Assembly: GCA_964036045.1 (NCBI GenBank) | Contig: OZ038378.1 | Location: 34,534,001 to 34,598,000, forward strand | Reading direction: 5' to 3' | DNA from: Eutreptiella sp. 'Long Island Sound 2002' | Lineage: Eukaryota > Protista > Euglenida | DNA: 64,000 bases | In this document: positions 38,000 to 49,825 of the stretch, in pieces | Numbering within the stretch: the first letter of the stretch is position 1 | How the letters are laid out: every line of letters begins with the position of its first letter | Translations under genes and position numbers: made by a program | The notes under the pieces: model-generated | The model's database searches: none | Told to the model about the DNA's origin: nothing | Seen by the model: the letters and a program-made list of their open reading frames with translations, nothing else

Positions 38000-40900
38000 T
38001 TCTAAGCGTCCCCTCGTGGCGGCAGGGGGTGGTTGTGCGCCTAGGGGTGGTGGTAGTTGCGCGTTGAGGTTGTGAGGGAGTGCGCACTGGGGAGCAGCAC
38101 GCGCCTGATGCGCAGCGCGGTGCAAGCCGCCAAGCGGCACGTCACCGTAGTGTCCTTCGGCATGGACACGCAGGTGGGATATCTCTTCTCCATGGGGCGC
38201 TGCGCTCTGGCGGTTAGGATGTGGCTATGGACTCCGGGGTTGTCGCACTGAGGGCACGCGTCGAATGAGACCTAGTAGGCACCGCTCCACGACCCACTGA
38301 TGCACTCCAGTGACGTGCGACAGGCCACCGGCCACCCATCGTACATACGATAGATGAGCGGGCCCACACCAGTTGCAGTGACAACCTGGTCCCGCGTAGA
38401 GGCCAACAGGGCTTGTACCACGTTCCCATCGCAGATTGGGGGTGATGCCAGCACGTCCCATGTGAGCCTGTGGTTGGCAGTATGGAGTAGAGTTGCCCAA
38501 TTGTAGCAGAACAAAGGCTTGGGCCAGGGTGACGTGTGGCAACAGCTCCGAGAGGGAGGCAACCACGGGGAATTCGTCCATTAGCTCTGCCCGGAGGCTG
38601 AGCAGCTCCGGGGCGGTCGAGGAGACTAATGGGGCGTATAGGTGGCTGCGCGGACAGGCTCCGCCCTGTGGTGGGCATAGCCCAAACTAGCTGCAGTGGA
38701 GGCACGTGGTCGGGGACGAGGGGAGTGCTAGGTCGTGATCGGAGCTCCCCGTCGCCAGGTGCAGAGTCTAGGTGATGATCTGCGCGACGTCCTCCAGCGA
38801 GATCACCCGGGACTGACGCTTCCCCACCCGTTCACGGACTCCGTGCAGCCCTAGAGCGAGCGATTGCACCCGCTAGCGCGGGTGTTCCCAACGGGCACCG
38901 TTCCGCTGAGGAGCGCGGTCAGGACGGCGGGCGCTTCCGGGACGAGGTGCACCTCTGGGACGTACTCCGGGAGTCATGGATTGTGCGACTTCTTCCCCGC
39001 ACATCCTGCACCTTCACGGTACGGGCTGATGGTTTCGTCAAGCCTATGCCCCACGATTGTCCGGCAGATTTTGCCCTCTCGCTGTCCTCGAACTACCGCT
39101 GTTCCACGCGGTGATCCCTTGAGGCGCGACGGCCACGCGATCGATCTATTCGGTCTCGTGGAATCTGGCATTCGGCTTCGGTCAACGGCGGAGTGCTGTC
39201 ACGGGACCGCTGCGCTCCGTGAGATGGTAGATCGGGGGGGGGACGGGCAGCCATGCCGCTGCGACGGCGCATACTCCCGGTTGTGGTAGTAGTGGTATGG
39301 GTTGTTGTGGCGCCGCCGGCCGTGATCCACTCGCTCCCATGCGTCCCGACCATTCCGTTGACCTTGTGGCAAAAGGCTCTGACGCTCTTGAAGGGATGGC
39401 GGAAGATCATTGCCCTCTGACCATGACGCTTGGCGTTCATCGGAGCGCCACCGGTGCTACGCGGGCTGTGGCGACCGCCTAGTCGAGCAGCTAGCCACTA
39501 AACCGACCCCTAACACAGTCCAATGGGGAAGGGCTCATCTCCTCTCGCCACCTTGCGCCATGCATCGAGGGGGAAGCCTAGTCGGTAGAACCCATCGCAC
39601 GGTGCACGGGACGGCACCAACACTGGCTTGGCTAGGAGGGCGGAGACGGCCGCCGATATATCCGCCGGGCTCAGACCCGAGAGGCCACTGAGCTCAAAGT
39701 CTTGTTTGCGTTCTTGTTGGCTAGGACTGCGCCGCTTCTTGGTTGGCCGCCATTCCTCGCGGTCGTCTCCTTGGCGTCTATCGAGCGAACGGTCTGGACC
39801 ACGAGATGGACTACGTCTCCTCTTGCTTGAGCCAGTCCGCCGGTCCATGTTTTTGCCCACCCAGCTGGGCACTAGCTGTACTCCAGCTTGGTCTCGCAGG
39901 TGATTATTGGTGTCCCGGATGATGTCGATGTCCGAGATGTTGACCACAAACTACATGTAGGCCGGCTAGAAAGTGCCAATGTTGTCCGCCGCCATCGGCG
40001 CGTCCACGAATCGCGTCAGCGGCCCATGTCGAGCACCCGTGACCGCCGTGTGGGCACCTAGCGCACGCGAGTCCCCGTCCGGAGTGTGTGCAGCTACAAT
40101 CTCCTCGGCGGTGACCAGCAACGCTTGTTTAGAGCTCAATGCTCCTTGGAGCAGCCGGCATTCGGACAGGTACCCTCACCAATCAGCCGAAGCAGTGGCG
40201 GCCGTCCCGGAATCAGCTCCAAAGAACCCTGCTTGCGATGTGAGGATGGCCCCCAGTTGCTTCCGTGTTCGTGTTGTCGCTTACCCTACTTAGCGCAGCG
40301 CTGTCGCCATGGACGGCAACTGGGCCAGCCTCAGCTGCAGATTGGTGGCTGCGCGGGAACACGCTCCGGCGGCAGGCTCTGACACGTTTCCCGCGATGCC
40401 TGCCATTCAGCTGCTAGGCGCGCCGCATCCGTCCCAGCCTGTGAGGCGTTTGACAGTCGCTGACCCGTGTCTGCTGGGGGTTTCGCCACTGCGGACCCCC
40501 GCGGGTTCACCTGAACACCTTAGAGTTTCTCCGGCAGCCGCGGGTGCGGCAGCATGGCGGGAAGCCAGCTCTTGATGGCGGACGACACCTTCAACTCGGA
40601 TACAGGCATGTGCGGTGGTAGGCCCCCTGGGTCTTTTGGGGAGCCCAGCTCACTCGCTGACCTTTTCGACGTGCCCAAGTGGCGTCCACGGCATTTCAGA
40701 ACCAGAGCTACCCCATCATGGTCCTCCCAGATGATACTAGCGGAGGCGACTGGTTGAGGAGGCGCCTGAAGTGGCCCGGGTCCTTTTCGAGCTCTACATG
40801 TAGCTCCTCCTGCCCCACGGCATTTCAGAACCAGAGCTACCCCATCATGGTCCTGCCAGATGATGCTGGCGGAGGCGACTGGTTGAGGAGGCGCCTGAAG

Positions 40901-41250
40901 TGGCCCGGGTCCTTTTCGAGCTCTACATGTAGCTCCTCCTGCCCCCGGGGCCACAGGTGCTGCGTGACCACATCCGCTAGCAGAGCTATCTTGTCGGCCT
41001 CTGAGCAGCCCTCGAGGAACGTGGACACCTCCTCTAACACCTCTGCGAACGTGGCACACGAGACCCCAGGCACTTTGGCGGGTAATATACTCCTCCCCAT
41101 CTTCCCCAGCGTGCCCGACACCTTCGCCGCATATCAAGCCAGGCTGCCCTCCATCTCCGACGACATCACGATGCCCGGTACGTTTGTGCGAGAGGGGCCA
41201 TGGGTCGCCGATCGTAGGATGTCCTAGGACTCCCGGTCCTTGCACGCGCG
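38000..41250 (-). pseudogene. LINE ORF1 remnants including an Arg/Ser-rich segment
   Basis: KRRRSPSRGPDRSLDRR..KKRRSPSQQ (39510-39947) and FAEVLEEVSTFLEGCSEADKIALLADVV (40837-41121), upstream of APE on the same strand. Confidence 0.5.
40686..40943. repeat. Tandem duplication, 2 x 129 bp
   Basis: Copies start at 40686 and 40815; three mismatches seen. Confidence 0.95.
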
Positions 41251-41439
41251 CGTGACGGCCCACAGGTCAGCTGACCAGAATAGCCGCTGTTGCTGCTCAA
41301 GGCTCAACTCAGCAAAAGATCGAGGCATGGTTGCTGCAGAGACGGTGCACAGGGATGCAGCTGGGCCCGGGGCGCACGGCAACCGCCACGCAATGTTCAG
41401 CGACGGGCCACCGATGCACGCTGTACAAACAAGGCGTCA

Positions 41440-41900
41440 CAACATCCGCCCTTGAACTTGGGCCTAGCTGTACACGCCACATCCTTCCACACTGCCAGCT
41501 CTGCAGCATAGCTTGCACGCCCGCGGCGCCATATCCTTATCGGTGGGCACAGCACCCGCGCACGGGAGGTCCAGCAGCTCTGCAATGACAAGTTGTCATC
41601 GACACTGCAGCACAACCTCCGCCCTTGAACTGGGACCTGGCACAACTCTGCCCGTCCATCACGACCGTCAGTTGAGCAGCATAGCATTCACGCACGCGGC
41701 ACCATCTCCTTATCGGTGGGTGCCATAGCACCCGCGCACAGGAGCTCTAGCAGCTCTGCACCGACAGGTTGTCATCGACACTGCAGCACAACCTCCGCCC
41801 TTGAACTTGGACCCGGCAGAACTCTGTGTGTCCATCCCGACCGCCAGCTCAGTAGCACAACTTGCACGCACGCGGCACCATCTCCTTGTCGGCGGGTGCC
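41440..41900. repeat. Three diverged ~170-bp tandem units
   Basis: acaacMtccgcccttgaact..gcagcatagc..gcggcRccatMtccttRtcgg recurs at ~41447, ~41612 and ~41788. Confidence 0.85.
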
Positions 41901-42823
41901 ACAGTAGCTGCACACAGCCAGCTCGTAGTGGCACTCAGCACACAAGTCCGCGCAGCTTGCCTGCGGCTCGCTGAGCACTCCACGGTCGCACAAGAGCCGG
42001 CACACGTTGCTGCGCAAACGCACTGCTCTCCTTCCAGGGCGTCGGCCCGCAAAGCACTCACTGGGACGCGTCAGGACATGAGGCGATGCGGCGGGGGTCG
42101 CGGCCCCTGTAAAGAAGGCAGCAAGTGAGACCATGGGTTGGGTAGCACACGCGGTAGGTTGGTGGCTGTGCAAGCGGGCTCCCCAGACCCGCTAGCTACC
42201 AGTCTGGGTGAGACCGCGGCCCTCACAGGCTCTCGCCCTTTATTGTACTAAGGAGCCAGATCTCCCGGAAGGGTCGGGGGGGGGGGGGGGGGGGGCAAGG
42301 GCAGGCCACAGGCAGGCTCTAACCCACTAACCCTTCTCCCTGCCCTTTTGTGACTGCAGGCGGCGGGTTGAGTGTTTGCCCCCCCCCCCCCCCCAGGTCT
42401 CCGGGGATGCATGAGGCTGAGCTGTGGGGATCGGTAGGGTACACCAGCATGTAACATGTGTCTTGTTGCACCGTGGTGGGGCTTGAAGGGCAGGAGCTGT
42501 GGTCTGTTGGCAGCAGGAGCAGCAGCAGCCCCGTATGGGCACCCCACCCCCCCGGGCAGGGCCGAACAATGAACTCAATCTTTGCAGTACTGGTAGGAAT
42601 GTAGGGCTGATGAACCTCGCAGTCTGAACATGATTGGAATCATTACTTTGGCACACACAAACACAGATACATGGTCTTCGCGGCCAGGGTAGCTGGGAGC
42701 CTGCAGAGCTCTTGCACTTTTTGAGCTCATGGTTTCCGCGTTAACTATAGGGCCTGATGAGTTGAAGCTCAAGGTTTTCGCATCCTTCAAAATTTGTCAT
42801 AGGTATCACACACATGCAGGCGT

Positions 42824-42891
<68 letters not shown>

Positions 42892-43172
42892 CCAGCACCG
42901 ATACGCCGGGGCCAGGCCTTCAAGAGAGGACGGGGACACCCTGCCCCCCCCCCCCCCGGCGAAGCGGGCACGAGTGGAGCTACATGACGCGGCCAGGCAT
43001 GGATGCGCAGGGACGGAGGTCACATAACCCCATCCCACCAGAGGTTCTGGCCCAGGCGAGGCCCCCAGCTGCGACCCCGACGGGCGCAATGTACGTTGAA
43101 CTGATTCTGGTGGCGCCTCGGGTGACCACGGGGGCCCTGGACCCATGCGGGTCTCCCTCTCTAATATTGTTT

Positions 43173-43219
<47 letters not shown>

Positions 43220-43407
43220 TGCACAACTTAAAGTCCTGGTAACCTGCCCTGCAATAGGTGCAGGGCTCGTGTGTGACATATCATGGAACCTCGCCGAAGC
43301 CGGTGAATTCTCCTCCTGTCTGTCCTTCAGCTTTGAAATGCACTCGCAAAACTGGATATTTTGTGCTGTTTTGTGCTGACCTCCCGCTTGCCTCGAAGTG
43401 GGACCTG

Positions 43408-43427
43408 CCATTTTTTGCCCCTTTCAG
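43408..43427 (+). promoter_or_regulatory. Polypyrimidine tract plus AG 24 nt upstream of the ATG; candidate cis- or trans-splice acceptor
   Basis: ccattttttgcccctttcag ending at 43427. Confidence 0.35.
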
Positions 43428-43451
43428 CCCTGATGGGGTCAGGAGATCCGC

Positions 43452-46088
43452 ATGAAGAAAGGTGATCACGAAGAACCGGCAGATGCAACTGCCATGCAAC
43501 GGCGCCACCACCGGCGCCCCTCCGCCCCCGTGCCAGCTGGGCTCTTCAACGAGCAGCTTGGGCAGTTCAATCCATTGCAGAGGGAGGCACTCTGCGGGCT
43601 TCTGCAATGTCTCAGCCCCCCAAGCACCGCCGCGGGCCCCCACAGCACTTTCGTCCCCGTCCCCGTCCCCGCCCCGCGTCTGGAGAGCAAGGGGAACGCG
43701 GCCGTCACAGCGGCGGGCCTCCTGGCGGCCGCTGCCGCAGTGAAGGTCGCGTCGGACATGCCCAGTGTGCTGCGGCCGGAAGGCGCCAAGGCAGACGAGA
43801 GGCGGTCTGTTGCGGGAGGCTCCCAGGACAGCCCCAGGGAGCCGCTGCCGCTGAAGGCCGCCCCGGTGCGGGCCTCTGCGCCCGAAGGCGCCACCGCTGC
43901 ATCGGCGCCCTCCTCCTCCTCCTCCTCCTCCTCCTCCTCCTCCTCCTCCTCTTCGTCATCCACCCTGGCCTCGGCCTGTCCGGCATCGTCCTCCACCGTG
44001 GCGCCCTCCTGCTCCTCCTCCGCCTCCTCCCCGGCCTCCTCCCTGGAGGACTACGTGCAGCTGGACGACGATGTGCCCCTGGACGATGACGTGCCCCCGT
44101 CGTCGCCAACGCTGTCGGTCGTGATGAGCAGCGGCCAAGACATTGAGTCGTTCAACCCGACCGTGACCAAGTACCGCCTGCAGATCAACAATCTGATGAA
44201 GCTCGCGATGTCCGCCCTGAACCGCGGGGACCTGAAGACGTTCCAGATGAACAAGAACCGGGTGTCAGAGCTGCAGCGCTCGCTGGCCGAGGCCGAGGTA
44301 TGCGGCAGCCCGCCGCTGGGGCCCACCGCTGCCCCACTCACAGTCGGCAGCCCCCCGCTGGCCGCCGGGCCGGCGCTGCCGGTGGGGCGCGGCAACTTCC
44401 CGCGGCCCCTGCCGCTGGCGGAGGTGGACGCACCGGAGGAGCCCGAGGAGGAGGAGGGGGACGCAGACATGAACTCGTCCAAGTACCTCCACCGCATGAA
44501 GCTGGCCCTCCAGGCGGCCGTCGACGACGAGAAGGAGCCTGGCAGCAAGGAGGCGGCCGACGCGGAGCTCAGCAACGATGAGTCCGACGAGAAGGACGAG
44601 GAGGTTCCCGACGGCCGCGGCCGGCCCCCGGAGGCCGCGAAGGACGAGGAGGCGCAGGCGGACGGCACGGCCGCGCTGCTGGAGGGGCCGCACGAGCCGC
44701 CGAAGTCGCTGCACGGCCTCGAGCTGCGGGTGCCAGACTGCGTGGTGTGCTACAGCCAGGGCCAGGTGGTGGTGAGCTACGGGGTCTACTGCCGCTACAA
44801 CGGCCGCCCCACGAAGGTCTACCGGCGCTATAACGAGTTCAAGTCCATCCACGACCAGCTCTGCGGCAGCCGCTTCGCGCGCTACACGTCCCTCATCCGC
44901 TCCTTCCCCACGTTCCCGGGCTCGAAGGTTTTCGGCTCCACCAACCGCTCTAAGCGTGCCATCGAACGCCGGCGGCAGGACCTCGAGGCGTACCTGCAGC
45001 GCCTCGTGGAGCCCGCCACGGGGCTCTTGGAGAGCCCCGAGCTGGCGGAGTTCCTCTTCCCGCCCCCCGCCCACGACCCCAAGGATGGGGAACTGGTGGT
45101 GAAGAGCGTCTGGCGCCTGGGGCAGGAGCAGAAGATCAATGCGTCGGGCACGGTGCGCATCTGCATCTGGCCGTTTGAGATCCAGCTGTACGCCGGCGAG
45201 GACGTGCTCGTCGTCCACGAGAGCACACCCATCAGCCGCGAGGAGGCCGGAATGCGGTACCGCGTGCTGCTGAACTTCCAGCGGTGGGTGGTCGAGAGCT
45301 TCAAGGACGACACACTGCCCACTGAGCGGCACTACCAGCTGTTCCTTTACTCCCCGCTGGCGTTCGTGGTCCCCTCGTACGACCACCCGCATCACGAGGC
45401 CGGCACCCCGCCGGGCTACCACCCCGGGCACCACGGCCCGCGGCATCACCACCGAGGGGCCCACCACCGCCGTGGGGGCGCCTTCAAGGGCTCCACGAAC
45501 TCCGTCCACCGCGTCGCCTACGCCGCGGAGATCTGCGAGCACACGGTGGTGCGCGTGGTCTGGAACGCGCGGCGCTACAACACCACCACCCCGCTCCCGT
45601 CCAGCCCCCACTGTGCGCGCTGCCTCACGAACCCGCGGCGGAACTCGCACTCGCTCATGCCGCGCACCCCCACCAGCCCCATGCAGGCGAAGCCCGCCTT
45701 CCAGCCCTCCCACTCCTGCCCGGAGGCCGGGAGTGGATCACTTGCGCTCATCGAGGACGGCCTGGCCCTCGGCGCTGCGCCGTCCTGGGGCGCCGGTGCC
45801 GGCACCGACGTGCCAGACCCGCTGGGCCCGCTGCCGGCCCCTGAGGACGGCGACGAGGACGAGGAACTGACCGAGTTTGGGCAGTGTGTGTGCTCCGACT
45901 TACTGTTCTGCCAGGTGCCAGGGCGGTCGGCGTGGTACGGGTCGAAGCTCTGCGACATGGCCATCACTATCACGCCCCCCTCCGCCCCAGACCCGCGGTG
46001 CGGGGCCGCAGCGGCGTCACGACCGACCATGCCCCTGGAGGGGGGCGCCAGCCTGCCCCCTGAGGCGTGCCCCAGGGTCTGGCCCTAG
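43452..46088 (+). CDS. PX (phox homology) domain protein, 878 aa, with Ser-rich and acidic N-terminal regions, an unassigned domain after PX and a His-rich loop
   Basis: Longest ORF, strong GC3 bias, no apparent introns. PX motifs VSYGV..KVYRRYNEFKSIHDQL..FPTFPGSKVFG..IERRRQDLEAYLQRLV..SPELAEFL (~44720-45060). Confidence 0.9.
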   Translation: MKKGDHEEPADATAMQRRHHRRPSAPVPAGLFNEQLGQFNPLQREALCGLLQCLSPPSTAAGPHSTFVPVPVPAPRLESKGNAAVTAAGLLAAAAAVKVASDMPSVLRPEGAKADERRSVAGGSQDSPREPLPLKAAPVRASAPEGATAASAPSSSSSSSSSSSSSSSSSTLASACPASSSTVAPSCSSSASSPASSLEDYVQLDDDVPLDDDVPPSSPTLSVVMSSGQDIESFNPTVTKYRLQINNLMKLAMSALNRGDLKTFQMNKNRVSELQRSLAEAEVCGSPPLGPTAAPLTVGSPPLAAGPALPVGRGNFPRPLPLAEVDAPEEPEEEEGDADMNSSKYLHRMKLALQAAVDDEKEPGSKEAADAELSNDESDEKDEEVPDGRGRPPEAAKDEEAQADGTAALLEGPHEPPKSLHGLELRVPDCVVCYSQGQVVVSYGVYCRYNGRPTKVYRRYNEFKSIHDQLCGSRFARYTSLIRSFPTFPGSKVFGSTNRSKRAIERRRQDLEAYLQRLVEPATGLLESPELAEFLFPPPAHDPKDGELVVKSVWRLGQEQKINASGTVRICIWPFEIQLYAGEDVLVVHESTPISREEAGMRYRVLLNFQRWVVESFKDDTLPTERHYQLFLYSPLAFVVPSYDHPHHEAGTPPGYHPGHHGPRHHHRGAHHRRGGAFKGSTNSVHRVAYAAEICEHTVVRVVWNARRYNTTTPLPSSPHCARCLTNPRRNSHSLMPRTPTSPMQAKPAFQPSHSCPEAGSGSLALIEDGLALGAAPSWGAGAGTDVPDPLGPLPAPEDGDEDEELTEFGQCVCSDLLFCQVPGRSAWYGSKLCDMAITITPPSAPDPRCGAAAASRPTMPLEGGASLPPEACPRVWP

Positions 46089-46136
46089 AATGCAGTATGC
46101 ATGTGTGATGGGCAGGCCAGGTAACAGCGGTGACCT

Positions 46137-46168
46137 TTACCCTAACCCTAGTCCCAACCATAACCCTA
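46137..46168. repeat. Degenerate telomere-like CCCTAA repeats about 50 bp after the PX stop
   Basis: ttaccctaaccctagtcccaaccataaccctaa. Confidence 0.6.
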
Positions 46169-48335
46169 ATCATGGAAAGCAGGGCAGGCCTTCAAAGCAA
46201 GGGTGTCGTGGAATGGCTGACAACCACAGGAGGAGGGACCCCTCCTGGACCCGCCTTCCCCCTGGACCCCCTAACCCCCCCCCCCTTATAATGCAAGATC
46301 CAGGTCAGAAATGTTGCGGACACGGATTTTTTTTCTCGCAGCCTGCAGCCTTTGGAAGCATGTGTGATTTTGTTTGTTGTTCCCACAGAGTTCCCTTCAT
46401 CCTGCAGACCACACCATGTATCGCTTTGTTGTGTCGAAAGAGTCACTGCTCACCGTCATAAGGATTTCATCAAAATTTTTTGTGTGTGTCGGTGCGCAGA
46501 CAGAATTTGCGAAGGGGAGAGACAAATCCACTGCTTTCAATGAGACACACGAGGCTGTTTCTTCCCTGCACAAAATTGCACCGAGTTACAGTGTTTTGCT
46601 GTGCTTTCCCACAAGACGAATTTGCTGCTGCAGGCCTATGCGAAGGATTTCCGCCATAGGTTGCTTCCTGAGCATGCTTCCAGCAGAACCAACGTTGCCA
46701 CCTCTGCCAGCACTGCCACCAATACCACCAGTGCCAACAGCAGCGCGCCACCAGAGCCGTCCAAATATGTAGATTTTTAATGCCTAACTGCATGCAATGT
46801 TTGTGTTGCAGAGTTTGAGTGTACCCCACAGTCGCAGTACACTGAGGGACAGGATACTGCTTCTCATTAGAATCCGCAGGCCAACAAGGATGACTGTTTC
46901 TGAGCAACAATGGCGTGCCGTTCAACTCGTGTTGCACATTCATCTCAGGGGGTCATGATCTTTGTTGTGCTGATGCTTGTTGGTGCTACAATGTTTGTGT
47001 TGGTGTGATGATTTGCCGGCCCGGTGGGCTGACAACTATAGGAGGAGGCTGACCCCCCCCCCCCCAACCCCAACCCCTCCCTCTGCTCTCTTCTCATGCA
47101 TGGCTCTGGACCGCCCCTTCCCCCCTTGGACCCAGATTTCACAGTGAGAAAAAGCGAAATCATCTCGAAGAGGGTTGTTAGATCAAGCGCAGGCGCGGGC
47201 ATCGTATGCCCCCCCCCCCTTTTTGGGGTCGTTTGTGTAGCATACCCCAAGATATGGTATCAGATGTCTAACCCCTTGTAAAGCCATCATTTTAGGACAG
47301 AAAATGATCCCCCAATGAATTTTTCGATTTTAACACCCCAAACCCCCGACCTGGGTACCCCATTTTTGGGGGTTGTGGGTCACGGGGGGGGGGGGGTCAA
47401 AACTTCTTTGCGTATTGCGGCCGCTGTGTGTGGATTTAGACCAGTGTCCTGAGCAATTTTTTCCTTGTATATAGCCCCCCTCACCCACAGCGGGGGTCCC
47501 GGGTCCAAACTCTGGGGACCCCCGGTCAGCCCACCCATATGGCCCCTTGCCGGTGAGGACTCAGCCGTTGTCGCGGTGGATATGCTGTTTAGTGTCACCT
47601 GAAAATCACTTTGCAAAGGTTGTTAGATCAAAGCCAAGCGGGCCCGCAAAAAGGGGAACCCCCCCCCCGTTTTGGGCCTTTTTTGGGCCTATTCACGTAC
47701 CCTACCCCAAGGGGTTGAATTGTTGGTTCAACCCCTTGTAAAATCATCATTTTGTCCAATAAAGGCATCTTTTGGTCCGGACCTCCCCCCAAACCCCACC
47801 CATTTGAAACCCACTTCTTTGAGGCGTCATGACAAGTGGGTGGGTGGGGGGAGGAGGGGGGTCAAAAATGTCGAAAAAATGACCCCCGTTTTTTTGTCTC
47901 CGAAATAATGCATCTTTTGTTTTTTTTTCATTTTGAGCCGAAAAAGTCGGTCCCGACTCCTTGGGGTTCGTATGGGCTGCAGCGGGACAAGCGCCAATGC
48001 AGTTTTTGTCATTTTTAGTTGTTTTTGCTATGTCGGCGTTTGGGCAAGCTTACGGACCCTGTGGTACCCACTCTAAGGGGTGCAAGTGGGGATGTTGTGA
48101 CCGTTTATGCATACTAGGATATGAAAGGACATTGTTTGCAGTCTCTATCCTTCACGAGGGCCGGTCAAAACCCGACCAAAAGACGCAAAATGACTGTTTA
48201 CACCAAGAATGGCTTACTTGAGTGAAGGGCCGGTACACAACCTGCTAATGCAGTTTTTCACCTTGTGCAGCTCAAAAATATAAGTTTCCAAAACTTATAT
48301 TTTTGATATCGTGCCCTGGAGACCTACGTTAAAAC

Positions 48336-49570
48336 CAATATGCTTGATTTTAATTTTGAATTTTTGAAAAGCGTTAAAAGGTTAACAGGCCAAAAACTGA
48401 CACGTTAACACATTTTTGGCTCGTTTGCACTGATTTGTTTGTGCGTGCATTGTGACCTTTTTAAGTGTTTGGGTGGTCAAAGGGTGCCCAATTGGATGCT
48501 AGAGGGGTTGCAAACTCCTAAAGGTGGATATGTAGGCCCGCTTCTCCCTCTCATGTCCCCCGGACCACCCAGCCCACTCCCAACCTCCTTTTTCCCTTGT
48601 GTAGCTCTTGTTATGCCTTTCTCTAGTGACACCATTAGTGAGCGTAGTAGGATGTTTACACGTTTGAGTGGGGCCAAGAGTTTGCGTCACCCTTTGGCCT
48701 TGCAAATCCTTGGTGAGTGGGTTGCCTCACCCCCTTTGGCCAAGGCCCGGTGGTACGAGGCCACCGAGGTTCCCCAAGTCCCCCTCATCTGCAACAAGCA
48801 AATAGAGGCCGTGAAGCAATATGCCTCCGTCCTCTTCCCTGCGCCCGAGTTGATCGGGCTGGTTTGACTGTTCCCAAGGGCGGCTTCCGGCATGTGTCGG
48901 AGTTCATGAGTCACCAATGGGGCACTTACACCGCCGCCAAGGGCCTCCAATCCCCTGACCCATCCCTTCGCGTGACCACTTCACGAACACGTGAATGGCA
49001 ATGGCAAAGCCCCTTGAGCCAGAGCCACCCATTCCCGTTGCGGATCCCCTACTAGTGCAATCTGGAGTTAGCTACATCCAATCACTAGTGGACACAATCA
49101 AATGGAACCGGCCCCTCACTTTTCTCCTCTGCGGCCATGCATACCCGTGTGCCGGTTGTAGTTGGACCCAACAATCCATTGGGCTCCTCAGCCACGGCTC
49201 ACGGGGGCATTCGCCTACCTATTTTTGGGTGATTGAAATGGCCGTATGGACCAAAACAAGGCCGCATTAGCTACTACATGGGCCAAGAACGTGCAGGTAT
49301 ACGGCCATTTTGTTGTTCGTTAAATTTTGCGGGAATTTCCCCCTTGTTAATATTGATATTTGGCAAATATTAATAAAAAGTGAAAAATTAACTTGACCAT
49401 GGTGCCTCCGCATGCTTTTCTATGGGTCTGTCTCTATCTATTAATTTTTTGGAAGTCGTTGTTAATACTTAATTTTTCGAACGGCGCATCAAAAAATAAA
49501 ACAAACACATAATATTAACAACCAGAAATTCAAAAAAATCGTCCGAAAAGTTAACATTTTTCATTCTGGG
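48336..49570 (+). mobile_element. Second, diverged and truncated copy of the CAATA transposon family
   Basis: Starts caatatgcttgattttaatttt like the 5' end of copy 1. The transposase at 48560-49296 aligns by eye with 36271-37073 (SGAKSLR, PLAKAR, EAVKQY, HAYPCAG). Right end not found. Confidence 0.75.
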
Positions 49571-49825
49571 ATTTTTTTTACAAGTGCGGGACGTTGTTGC
49601 ATGTGCTTTGGTGCACCGACACAAGATACGAGTACATACAACAACCCCACAAGCAACAGCACCACACACCAAACACCCAAAGAGTGTTGCCCAATACACC
49701 GCAACCCCGCAGAGCACAGCTCCACAAACTACGGCTGGCACACACACATGGTAGTTGGGTTAGGGTCACAATTAAAGCGCCAAGGCTGTGACCACAAACC
49801 AAGGTGTAGCTCAAGGCTAACCGAC

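Larger units (their letters stand above)
30950..42335 (-). mobile_element. Near full-length decayed APE-type non-LTR retrotransposon (ORF1-APE-RT-CCHC) with a nested DNA transposon
   Basis: Ordered domains on the minus strand (listed separately). Both outer boundaries are inferred. Confidence 0.75.

Noticed and set aside
725-46088. TAG reassigned as a sense codon (alternative genetic code)
   Set aside because: The 878-codon host ORF has no internal TAG and ends in TAG. TAGs occur only in frameshifted TE relics, and copy comparisons show them arising by mutation.
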